Shown in pieces: positions 27,501-36,698 of a stretch of DNA of 64,000 bases; the first letter of the stretch is position 1; every line of letters starts with the position of its first letter. The stretch is from a virus: the IMG/VR virus record IMGVR_UViG_3300030450_002944, positions 1-64,000 of that record; one strand, given 5' to 3'. Below the pieces are notes generated by a model that saw nothing but the letters and a program-made list of their open reading frames with translations, was not told the DNA's origin and searched no databases. Made by a program: the position numbers and the translations under genes.

Positions 27501-27929
27501 ATGACTAAACAAGAAATTAAAGCGTGGGTGAAATTACAAGATAATATCAACATGCAAAAAACATTTGATACTATCACTACTAACTTACGCCCACTAGATA
27601 AAGAAATCCTTAGTAGATTTATTATAGAAAAGGACACTATAAAAAATATTACTGAATGGCTAAATTCAGAATTAGGTCTAAATTTAACTACTTTTAAAAC
27701 TTCCAAAATTATTAAGACAATTCAAAGATACTTAGTAGCTTTATATCATGACACACCACATCATATTAGAGATGCCCGAAAAATGGGAATGTCTGTTACA
27801 AGATTCGTACCTACAACCAATGCTCCCGCTACTCCACATATAATAGTGGAGCAGAAAAAATACATTGGGGACATCTGTATTTCTAGAACTATCAACATCA
27901 AAAGAAGCAAGAGCGGTTATTGGAAGTAA
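27501..27929 (+). CDS. sigma70 region-4-like helix-turn-helix protein, candidate regulator
   Basis: LRPLDKEILSRFIIEKDTIKNITEWL...TSKIIKTIQRYL matches the region-4 pattern by eye. Confidence 0.5.
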   Translation: MTKQEIKAWVKLQDNINMQKTFDTITTNLRPLDKEILSRFIIEKDTIKNITEWLNSELGLNLTTFKTSKIIKTIQRYLVALYHDTPHHIRDARKMGMSVTRFVPTTNAPATPHIIVEQKKYIGDICISRTINIKRSKSGYWK

Positions 27930-27940
27930 TTATTACTTAC

Positions 27941-27975
27941 TCCCCTTGTCAGAATAGATGAGGGGAATTTTCTTT
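27941..27975 (+). terminator. intrinsic terminator
   Basis: TCCCCTTGTC-AGAATA-GATGAGGGGA then a T-rich run. Confidence 0.7.
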
Positions 27976-28358
27976 CCCTTCTCCAATCCTCAGAGATACA
28001 CGCCACTATGACACGCTAAGAAATAGACGATATGATACATTCCCTATCATAAATGTTATTGTTTTGAACTAATAAAAGTTGAGTCGCTCCATATCAAGAA
28101 GCCTGATATAATAACCCCCTATTGTACTATATAACCCCCTTAAGGTTAACCAATAAAGGTAGGGTTAGCTACAGAGAGTACTTTTTTTAAAAATGAATGT
28201 TTCCAAAATGTTACATAGATGAAGGGTGGGGGGTACTAGATTTTGGCGATAGGTATAGGGTCCCATACACTAGGCTAAATTTTTTCAGAAAAAAATCTGA
28301 GAAAAACGGCGTTTCGCTTATGGCTAGGTTGGCGTTAACGCTATTCTTTGCTATTCTA

Positions 28359-28502
28359 TTATACTTGAGCTAAATAGTAAACTACTAATTCCTGTGATGG
28401 CTGATACTTAGGATAGTAGTAGTCGTCTTCTAGATGTAGAATTCTATTTAGACTATACGTTCTAGTATCCTTTGAAAATAGTGAACGAAAAAACTTGGTC
28501 AT
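28359..28502 (-). CDS. small hypothetical protein (47 aa, not in ORF track)
   Basis: AAGGAGG SD and TTGCAA-N18-TATAAT promoter at 28533-28562. Confidence 0.6.
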   Translation of the reverse strand: MTKFFRSLFSKDTRTYSLNRILHLEDDYYYPKYQPSQELVVYYLAQV

Positions 28503-28597
28503 TTAATCCTCCTTTACTAAGTCTTCCTTTATATTATATCATATTTGGGGTAGTAATTGCAAGTCTTTTATTAAATATGTGTTACAAAAAGAAGGGG

Positions 28598-28627
28598 TTG
28601 ACTCGGCTTATTGAAATATGCTATAAT
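28598..28627 (+). promoter_or_regulatory. early-type promoter
   Basis: TTGACT-N18-TATAAT driving a small ORF at 28687..28845. Confidence 0.75.
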
Positions 28628-29106
28628 ATATAAATAGTATATATAATAATATATAATAGTATAGAATAGATAAGAAAGAGAATAATATGAATAATAATAT
28701 AGAATTTAATGTTTTAGAGTATAGGATACAGAAAACTTTAGATAACAGATTACCAAATGATACTATGTTTGATTATCTTGGTGTAGTAGAAGATGCTAGA
28801 TATGAAGATTTTTATGATGGCTATAATTTAATAGAACGTGGATAATATGTATTTAGCTGTATAATAGTATATGGTTAGGGGAACATTAATTCTGTTTTTA
28901 ATAAGTGTCTGTGTATTATCATTACCAGACGTAATAAACTTGCAGCGACATTCAGATGATTTTATACAAATGGGATGGAGTCGTATAAAACGTGATATAT
29001 TTCGTGAGTCGCCTGCGGCTCCTCAAAAATATGTGGGGTTGCCGCCGCCCATCGAAAGAACTATATCTGGTGATAGGAAATTCTGAAAAAGGGAGTATAA
29101 TAGTAC

Positions 29107-29529
29107 ATGTATACATATAAATGCACAGTTACAAAAGTAATAGATGGAGACACTATTGATGTTGATATCCAATTAGGGTTTAATGTTATTCTATATAAAC
29201 AAAGAATAAGATTACATGGGATAGACACGCCAGAATCTAGAACTAGGAATTTGGAAGAAAAGGCTAGAGGATTACTTTCAAAAGATTTTATGAAGAAATT
29301 GGCTCCTGTCGGATCTTCCATTACTTTAAAGTCCTTAGAAAAAGGAAAATTTGGTAGGATATTAGGTATTATTTGGCAAGAAGGGGATGAATGGGAAACT
29401 GATTCTCCAATAAACGACTTAATGATTGAAAACTATCATGCAGTTCCATATACTGGACAAAACAAGAACGATGTAGAATCTTTACATGAAGCTAATAAAC
29501 TCAAGCTAATTGAAAAGGGAATCTTGTAA
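29107..29529 (+). CDS. thermonuclease (SNase-like) family protein
   Basis: KVIDGDTIDV, IRLHGIDTPE and KFGRILG. Confidence 0.9.
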   Translation: MYTYKCTVTKVIDGDTIDVDIQLGFNVILYKQRIRLHGIDTPESRTRNLEEKARGLLSKDFMKKLAPVGSSITLKSLEKGKFGRILGIIWQEGDEWETDSPINDLMIENYHAVPYTGQNKNDVESLHEANKLKLIEKGIL

Positions 29530-29530
29530 A

Positions 29531-32500
29531 ATGCCAGACATTGATGCAATGACAGAAAAGTTAATGAAGGATCCTGATTTTCAGGCTAAGATAGGTAAAA
29601 CTAAGCGTGAAACTGCTCAAGAAGAGGCTACTCAAAGAGCACATCAACATAGAAAAAATTCTATGGCATTAGCATTAGGTAATGAGAGTAAGACTGCTGT
29701 AGAACATTTAAGTGAATATGCTAAATTAGAGGCTCAACGAAAAGAGATTGATGAAATGGTTTTCGGTGTTCCTACTGAAGAAATTCGAGATAAGATGGCA
29801 CGTCCTCTCAATGTGGTTGATATAGACATAAATGATCTTACTTTGAGTCCACCACCAGCTAATACAAGTACTCAGGTTAAAGAAGAATTAGAGACCATCA
29901 TTGATAAACATCTTCAAACAAAAGAAGATACAGATAATTTTGAATTTGAGATTGCAAAGCCTGCTGAAATACAAGATTTAGATATTTTAAAATCTTTCAT
30001 TAAATTAGCTGAAGAATTGGGACTTAGTGATGATATTACTAAAAAGAAATTAGAAGTAATAAAAGATGATTCTGCTACTATTGTTTTAAATCTAAAATAT
30101 TATTTCAATAGACCTAGACCTGAACAATTAATGGACTATCATGGAGTAGATTTTAAACCTGCAGATTTCAAAACTTCTGATACTCCTGCTTATCCATCTG
30201 GACATGCCTTTCAAGGTACATTAATTGCATTGATTTTATCTGAAGTGTTTCCACAACATGCAGATTCGTTTATGAAACTTGGTGAATCTATTGGTGAGAA
30301 TAGAGTAATTTTCGGTGTTCATTATCCTTCAGACCACGCCGCTGGTATAGAATTAGCAAAACAGGTTTTTCCTTATGTAAATTTTGAGAAATTAGATTTT
30401 AAACCCATTCCACAGGAATCCCAACCTTTAGAAAAAGACTTACCTAATATAGAAAAAGCTACAGGTATAGAAATTGCAGCTACAGGAGCAGCTCTAGCAT
30501 CTGGAGGAATAGCATTATGGGATTTATATCAAGCTTTTAAGAAAAATAAAAAATTAAAGCAGGAAGATAAAGTAGAATTAAACGAAGCTTTAGAGGAAAA
30601 TGAAGATAGTTTAAAAGAAACAAAAATTGATATAAAAGAAGATGAATTACCAGATTTAGAAAATGCTGATAATGTAGATGAATTAATAAGTGGTGTAAAA
30701 AATCCAGACAAAGCTGAACCAATTATTGAGAAAGTTAGGAAAAAAAGATGGGATTCTGGACTAAGTAAAGAAGACGCAGCTAAAATTAGAGCTGAACGTG
30801 AGGCTAAAAGAAAGGATGCTGCTACTCCTTTACCTAAAATTGGAGAAGGTGTAGAAGAACCAAAAGGTGAAGAACCTAAAAAAGTAGACGCTGAAAAGAA
30901 AGAGTCTGAACAAGTAGAGGAGAAGAAAGAGCCTCGAAAAATTCCTTTAGATATCCATAGTAAAAAAACTCTTATTGATAACATTGGTAAATTAGTAAAT
31001 CATATTCCTACTCATAGAGGAAAAAATGATAGTGATACTTCTAGAGGAAAATTTAATGCTTCTCAAATAAATCCAGATACATCATCTTTAGATCCTGTAG
31101 TACATCAATCATTTGAAAATTGGAGTACCCGAAACCCAGAAGATTTACATGATCATTTAAATTCCCTATCTGAAGAGAAATTAAGAGCTATAGCTTCAGC
31201 GTTAGGAGAACAAGCTAACCAAGTCGCTCCGGGTAGTGAATTGAATCCAGTAGGTTCATCAACAAGATTAGGTATTTTAGGTAGAATGCTTAGAGACGAT
31301 AAATCAGGTAAAAAAGAAATAGAAGGTGTATCTAATAAGGATTACCAAACAGCTTTAAGAGATTCTTTAAGTAGAGCTGTAAATTCTAATCACGATATAA
31401 CAGTTCCGGGTGGTGAAGAAGAAATTGTAGAAGCTGCTAATGAGAATTTAGAAGAAGAAACAAGACCTTCACCTGAAGAAGAGGCTAGAAGAAAATATGA
31501 AGCGGAACAAAAAGCAAAACGAGATGCTGAAGAGGCAGATAAAAAAGAAGAGGAATCTAAAGATAAAAAAACAGGGGGTCCTTCTCCTTTTGCAGTAGAA
31601 GAAGAGAGTAAACCAATTAATTTAGATGAAGCTGATTTAGGTAAGATTAAACTTGGTGACTCTAAAGAACTTACTAATTTAAATGGTTATCTATCAGATG
31701 CTAAATATGGTGGAATAAAAGGTCAAGAATTTACTAATGAAGATGGTACAGTAAAATCAAGATACATGCATGGTTTACAAGAATATATTAAAAAGAATCC
31801 TACTTCAGCTAAAATTGGTACTGATGGTTCAGTAGAGTTTGATCCTGAATACATAGGTAATTTAACAAAACACTTCTCAGAAAACCATGATGATGCTGCT
31901 ATGAGTAGATTATGGGAGAAAAACTATAGACATAAAGGAGCAAGTGATACATCTTCTATTGGATATGGTGATTATTCTCCATCAAAAGAAGCAAGAGGGG
32001 CTATACTTTCTAGAAAAGAAAAAATGGATAAAGTTATGGAACAACAATTTGGAGAAGATTGGGAAGATTCTAATGACTTTGATGTGAGAGCTGAAAGAGA
32101 ACATCTTCAATCAATGGATTCAAAAACATTTAATAAACATTTTGATACTGCATATTTAAAACCATTGAGATCTCAGAGACAAAAAGATAGGACTGCAGGT
32201 ATAAAAGCAGAGACCCCCAAAGATCCTAATAAAGAACGATGGAATTTAAAGGATTCTAGTCCTGATGAAGCCTATGAAAAAGCTAAAGAAATGATAGCTC
32301 ATTCACTTGAACATAGTGAAGAACATGGTGGAAAAGGTTTAGACGAAAAGACTGTTTCTCATATGAATAAACAACTATCAGCTGCTCGTAAAGCAATGGG
32401 AGCTGATAATATTAAAAAACTTAACCAAGAAATCAAAGATGGTAGTATCCAACCTACTAAAGCTGAAGAGCCTAAAGAGGATAAAGATTACGAAGGATCA

Positions 32501-33205
32501 GATATTCCAGATGAAGCAAGAGGATATGGAGATGCTCCTGAAGGTGTTAAGACATATAAAGGACCATCAGGTGGAGTATTTTATGATAAGAGGGAAGCAA
32601 AAAAGAAAGATAGTGAAGGTGGGGGTGACGGAACATCTGATTCTGGTGATACGGGAGACTCAGGTGAAAAAATGCCTCCACCATCTATACCAGAAGATTC
32701 TAAAATATCTTCAGATGAACCTGTTGGAGATAAAGCATCTGCATGGGGAGATAAAATCGGATCTGCTGTAAGTGCTTTAGGTAGACTTACTGGAAAAGCA
32801 GGTAAAGAAGATAGAAAAAAATTAATAGCTGATGCGGCTAAGACATTTAAAGAAGCTGGTAAAGCAGTTGGAAAAGAAGGTAAAAGAGCTTTTAATGAAA
32901 TTGGATCAGCAATGGCTGAAGAAATAGCTAGATCTAGAGGTTATGGTGAGGCTCAAGCCAAAAATGCTAAACTTAAATATCAATTACAAGCTGCTGCCAG
33001 AGGTATTCCAATAGCAGGTAAAATAATTCCTAAAACTGAAGGATATAAAGGAGAATCAAAGGCTGGAGTCAGAGGGGCAAAACAAGAAACAAGAGCTAAA
33101 GAACAAGCAGCTTATGAGAAATTAACCTATGGAGACAAAGTAGATTTTGAAGTTTCTAAGAGTAATTTAAAAAAACTACAGGATTTTACTAAAAATAGAG
33201 TATAA
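29531..33205 (+). CDS. large charged, probably internal head protein with a PAP2 phosphatase/haloperoxidase domain
   Basis: KYYFNRPRP, YPSGH and RVIFGVHYPSD catalytic motifs; APEGVKTYKGPSGGVFY motif; ATG 29531 is likelier than TTG 29510. Confidence 0.7.
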   Translation: MPDIDAMTEKLMKDPDFQAKIGKTKRETAQEEATQRAHQHRKNSMALALGNESKTAVEHLSEYAKLEAQRKEIDEMVFGVPTEEIRDKMARPLNVVDIDINDLTLSPPPANTSTQVKEELETIIDKHLQTKEDTDNFEFEIAKPAEIQDLDILKSFIKLAEELGLSDDITKKKLEVIKDDSATIVLNLKYYFNRPRPEQLMDYHGVDFKPADFKTSDTPAYPSGHAFQGTLIALILSEVFPQHADSFMKLGESIGENRVIFGVHYPSDHAAGIELAKQVFPYVNFEKLDFKPIPQESQPLEKDLPNIEKATGIEIAATGAALASGGIALWDLYQAFKKNKKLKQEDKVELNEALEENEDSLKETKIDIKEDELPDLENADNVDELISGVKNPDKAEPIIEKVRKKRWDSGLSKEDAAKIRAEREAKRKDAATPLPKIGEGVEEPKGEEPKKVDAEKKESEQVEEKKEPRKIPLDIHSKKTLIDNIGKLVNHIPTHRGKNDSDTSRGKFNASQINPDTSSLDPVVHQSFENWSTRNPEDLHDHLNSLSEEKLRAIASALGEQANQVAPGSELNPVGSSTRLGILGRMLRDDKSGKKEIEGVSNKDYQTALRDSLSRAVNSNHDITVPGGEEEIVEAANENLEEETRPSPEEEARRKYEAEQKAKRDAEEADKKEEESKDKKTGGPSPFAVEEESKPINLDEADLGKIKLGDSKELTNLNGYLSDAKYGGIKGQEFTNEDGTVKSRYMHGLQEYIKKNPTSAKIGTDGSVEFDPEYIGNLTKHFSENHDDAAMSRLWEKNYRHKGASDTSSIGYGDYSPSKEARGAILSRKEKMDKVMEQQFGEDWEDSNDFDVRAEREHLQSMDSKTFNKHFDTAYLKPLRSQRQKDRTAGIKAETPKDPNKERWNLKDSSPDEAYEKAKEMIAHSLEHSEEHGGKGLDEKTVSHMNKQLSAARKAMGADNIKKLNQEIKDGSIQPTKAEEPKEDKDYEGSDIPDEARGYGDAPEGVKTYKGPSGGVFYDKREAKKKDSEGGGDGTSDSGDTGDSGEKMPPPSIPEDSKISSDEPVGDKASAWGDKIGSAVSALGRLTGKAGKEDRKKLIADAAKTFKEAGKAVGKEGKRAFNEIGSAMAEEIARSRGYGEAQAKNAKLKYQLQAAARGIPIAGKIIPKTEGYKGESKAGVRGAKQETRAKEQAAYEKLTYGDKVDFEVSKSNLKKLQDFTKNRV

Positions 33206-33211
33206 TATATT

Positions 33212-34834
33212 ATGGACATACTAAAACGGTTAGCAAAACTTACATTAAAAAAGGCTCAGAGGGTTAGAGACCCTTGGGCTGTCGCTACGTCTATGACTGA
33301 AGGTAACAATAAGAAGAATAATCCGGGTGGTACTCCAAAAGGAGCTATTGTTGAAGGTATAAAAAGAAATGAATGGAACTCACCAGAAGGTTTAGATGGA
33401 GCAATGGAGCGACATGGGGAACATCATGGAACAAGTTCAGAACGAAAAAAAGGACACTCTTACGATAGAGACTATAAAGAGGGTCAGAAGTATGATTCAT
33501 CTAAAAGAAATACAGATGCTGTAACCCCAGAAGAAAAAAAGAAGACTAAAGAAGAATATGCAGCTAGAAAACCTGTAACTGAAACAGAGATGAGTCAAGA
33601 AACTGCTTTAAGAGAGGCAGTAGATTCAATAAAAGACGAATTAAAGACCAGTCAAAAAGATAGAACCTTCGTATATTCTCAAATTAGAGATGCTTTAGCT
33701 AAAATTACTGGTGATAGTAAAGCAGAAACTGATAAAGATATTAAAGATAAACTTACTCCTGAAGAACAGGAGAAAATTAAAGATGAACCTCCTATAAAAG
33801 ATGTAGTCGAAAAGGTCCCAGAACCGAAAGAAGGAGACACTATATCAAAAATAAATTCAAAGGTTAATGAAGGTAATATTAACCAAATACGACAACAGGT
33901 TGAATCGGAAGTAAAAAGTGTTTTATCAGTTAAAAGAGAAGGTAAAAAACCTGATATTGCAGATGCTAAAAATAAAGTACAAAATGCTCTTGATGCATAC
34001 AGTAGTAAAGCAACTGATTTATCAGTTGGATATGGGGGTGAATCCGAGGTTAAAGATGCTGCCAAGAAAATAGATTCTGCTTTAAAAGACTTAAATAATT
34101 TCAAAGTTGAAAAATCTACATCATCTTCTAGAAGATTACTTAATATATTAAAAGAAACAACTACTGTAAATAATGACCAACTTGAAAAAGATCTTATATC
34201 AGCTCTAAGTCAAGCAATGAAAAAACATTCAGATGGATTTAAAGTACCTACTGGTAACAATGAAATTTTAAAAAATATTAGAAAACAATATGTTAAAAAA
34301 GGTATAGGAAGTGCTTTACTAGCTATGCTAGCAGGGTATGCTCTAACACCTAAAGTAAGTTCGGGTGAGATGACACCAGCTCAACAAAGACAATGGGAGA
34401 GAACTCTCGCAAATCAAATGAGAAAAAAGAATATAGACATCGACTCGGACACATTTAAAGCCCTACAAAATTTCTATAAAGATCAATCAGATACTTATAC
34501 TAGAAAAAAACCAGCTAAAAATGGTGTAAATATTGAAAAGATATTAACTTCTCCACCATTTCAAGGAGCAGAATTTGATCCAACTTCTCACAGATGGAAG
34601 AAAGCTGGACAAGTTTCAGCTCAAACTGGACAAGTAAATGTTGGAACTGGTGGTAAAAGAAGAATTAGAGGAGCTGGAACAGGAGCTGCTCAAAGATCTG
34701 TAGGTGGACATAAACGAGGAATAGTAAGAGAAGCAAGAAGAGGAATTGGAGCAAGAGCTGCTAGAAGAAAATCTGATATTAAAAGTAGGTCTTCTAGAAT
34801 TAAAGCGTATAAAAAATTAACACGAAAGAAATAG
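33212..34834 (+). CDS. charged putative internal head protein
   Basis: DPWAVAT and PPFQGAEFDPTSHRW motifs; basic C-terminus; leaderless start. Confidence 0.5.
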   Translation: MDILKRLAKLTLKKAQRVRDPWAVATSMTEGNNKKNNPGGTPKGAIVEGIKRNEWNSPEGLDGAMERHGEHHGTSSERKKGHSYDRDYKEGQKYDSSKRNTDAVTPEEKKKTKEEYAARKPVTETEMSQETALREAVDSIKDELKTSQKDRTFVYSQIRDALAKITGDSKAETDKDIKDKLTPEEQEKIKDEPPIKDVVEKVPEPKEGDTISKINSKVNEGNINQIRQQVESEVKSVLSVKREGKKPDIADAKNKVQNALDAYSSKATDLSVGYGGESEVKDAAKKIDSALKDLNNFKVEKSTSSSRRLLNILKETTTVNNDQLEKDLISALSQAMKKHSDGFKVPTGNNEILKNIRKQYVKKGIGSALLAMLAGYALTPKVSSGEMTPAQQRQWERTLANQMRKKNIDIDSDTFKALQNFYKDQSDTYTRKKPAKNGVNIEKILTSPPFQGAEFDPTSHRWKKAGQVSAQTGQVNVGTGGKRRIRGAGTGAAQRSVGGHKRGIVREARRGIGARAARRKSDIKSRSSRIKAYKKLTRKK

Positions 34835-34846
34835 GAGATTATTATT

Positions 34847-35422
34847 ATGGCAGATAAAAAGAATGCTAAAACTAAATCGACTACTAAGAAAGTAGCAGAA
34901 AAGAAACCAAGATATGCAACATTAGAACCTCAAGTAGAGGAAGAAGAAGTTGTAGAAGAAAAGGTAGTAGAGGAAAAAATTGTAAATTCTTTTTCAACAG
35001 AAAAGGTAACTAAAAAAGCACCTAAAAAAACTGTGGAAGATGAGGAAGTTTTAAAAGAAAAAGCTAGAGCTGCAACAGTCGCTGCAGCAGAAAAAGCTAA
35101 TCAACCTAAAGAAGTTAAACGATACGAAACTAAAATACTCATTAAAAAAGAGCCTATTGCTAAGAATATTTATGCAGCAACTTATGGGTATCATGAAACT
35201 ACTGGTGAATTATCTATACTTCAAGGGGAAAATGGAGCATATGGTGCTGACATAGAAAATTTATTTAACAATGACATTATAATAATCGATAAAGAGACTG
35301 GGGCTAAATCAGTAGTAAGTAGAACTGAAAATCCAAAATTATGGATCCAAAGTTTATATAAAGCTGAGTTAGGTAAACCATATATAGCTGAAGAGGCAAG
35401 GTCTTTTTATGAAACTGAATAA
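34847..35422 (+). CDS. hypothetical protein
   Basis: K/E-rich N-terminus; SD. Confidence 0.6.
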   Translation: MADKKNAKTKSTTKKVAEKKPRYATLEPQVEEEEVVEEKVVEEKIVNSFSTEKVTKKAPKKTVEDEEVLKEKARAATVAAAEKANQPKEVKRYETKILIKKEPIAKNIYAATYGYHETTGELSILQGENGAYGADIENLFNNDIIIIDKETGAKSVVSRTENPKLWIQSLYKAELGKPYIAEEARSFYETE

Positions 35423-36344
35423 TTTTTTTGAGAAAAGAACAGCAAGGAAGGTAACAAAGAAAATAATTTCTTTTAATAATGAAAAAAAGGAAAACGAGTT
35501 ACATCAAAAAATAAATGAATTAGAAACAGAATTGAATAGATTAAAGGATATTGAAACACGAAGTGATCAGTTAGTAAACTCTAATAATGTTTTTATGAAT
35601 GAGAAATCAGGTTATTTAAAAGAAATTGATAACCAACATTCTGAACTTGAAGACTTAAAACTTTATATTTCTAATTTAGAGCCTAAAGCAACTGCAATGG
35701 AAGATGCTGTTAAAAGCTCTAAAGAACATCAAGATGCTTTAAATCAAGCAAAAGCGGATTTACAACAAAGTAAAAATAGTAGATTACAACAAGATAAGAA
35801 CATTCATATGTTGTCTAAAGAGAGATCTGAGTTTCAACTTGAACTAAAAGATGTAGTAAAGAAGTATGAAGTGGAGAAAATGACCCATAAAAAGGTACAT
35901 GATTTGTATCAACATTTGAAAAAAGAATATGAAAATGTGTTGGGTTTTTCAAAAGAAAATAGTAAAATAAATATAGAGGCAAAGAATAAGATTAGGGATT
36001 TAGAACGAGAACTTAATTTTCTCGAACCTATGGTAATTGGACTTAGAAAACAATTAGCTAAAGCTGATAGTAATGAAGTCGAATTAAAAGAATGGCTTAC
36101 TTCTTTAAAAGAAGAAATCCAAGAAAATGGAACTGGGGATTATGATTTCACGTTCCGTAAACTAAATGATTTAATATTAGATCATTATAGAAGATATAAG
36201 AAAGAATTAGAAAAGCCTAGATACATGTCGATGGAGTCGATAGCTAGAAAGGAAGGGTTTAGAATGCCCGGAATTGCATCAGCTAAAAACTATACTAAGT
36301 TACATCTAGGTAATGCTAAACCAACATTATTAAAGTTTAAATAA
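35409..36344 (+). CDS. long coiled-coil protein
   Basis: Continuous heptads. Confidence 0.65.
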   Translation: MKLNNFFEKRTARKVTKKIISFNNEKKENELHQKINELETELNRLKDIETRSDQLVNSNNVFMNEKSGYLKEIDNQHSELEDLKLYISNLEPKATAMEDAVKSSKEHQDALNQAKADLQQSKNSRLQQDKNIHMLSKERSEFQLELKDVVKKYEVEKMTHKKVHDLYQHLKKEYENVLGFSKENSKINIEAKNKIRDLERELNFLEPMVIGLRKQLAKADSNEVELKEWLTSLKEEIQENGTGDYDFTFRKLNDLILDHYRRYKKELEKPRYMSMESIARKEGFRMPGIASAKNYTKLHLGNAKPTLLKFK

Positions 36345-36354
36345 GGAGTAAAAT

Positions 36355-36675
36355 ATGGCAAAACCTTGGAGACAAGAAATTGAACTGCTTCAGAGCTATT
36401 CTAAGCATAAGACGTTTACTTTTACAACGTCTAGTGGTTCTGCTGAAACAGCAGTAGATCTTGCAGCTAACTTTGAAGAAGTGAATAAAATTTCATTTGT
36501 TGTAGAACTAGCAGACGCGTATGTAGCCTTCGATGAAGACGCAACTTCATCATCTATGCTTATCCCTGAAAATGAGGGGTATTTTGATGAAGGAGTATTT
36601 ATGTCAAATAAAATCAGTATTATACGTTCTAGCTCTACAAATGCAAGAGTTAGAGGTATAGTCTGGGGTAGATAG
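36355..36675 (+). CDS. small virion structural protein
   Basis: YVAFD...RGIVWG, similar to the C-terminus of 5108..6157. Confidence 0.55.
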   Translation: MAKPWRQEIELLQSYSKHKTFTFTTSSGSAETAVDLAANFEEVNKISFVVELADAYVAFDEDATSSSMLIPENEGYFDEGVFMSNKISIIRSSSTNARVRGIVWGR

Positions 36676-36698
36676 ATTATACATAGGAGCAACAACAA

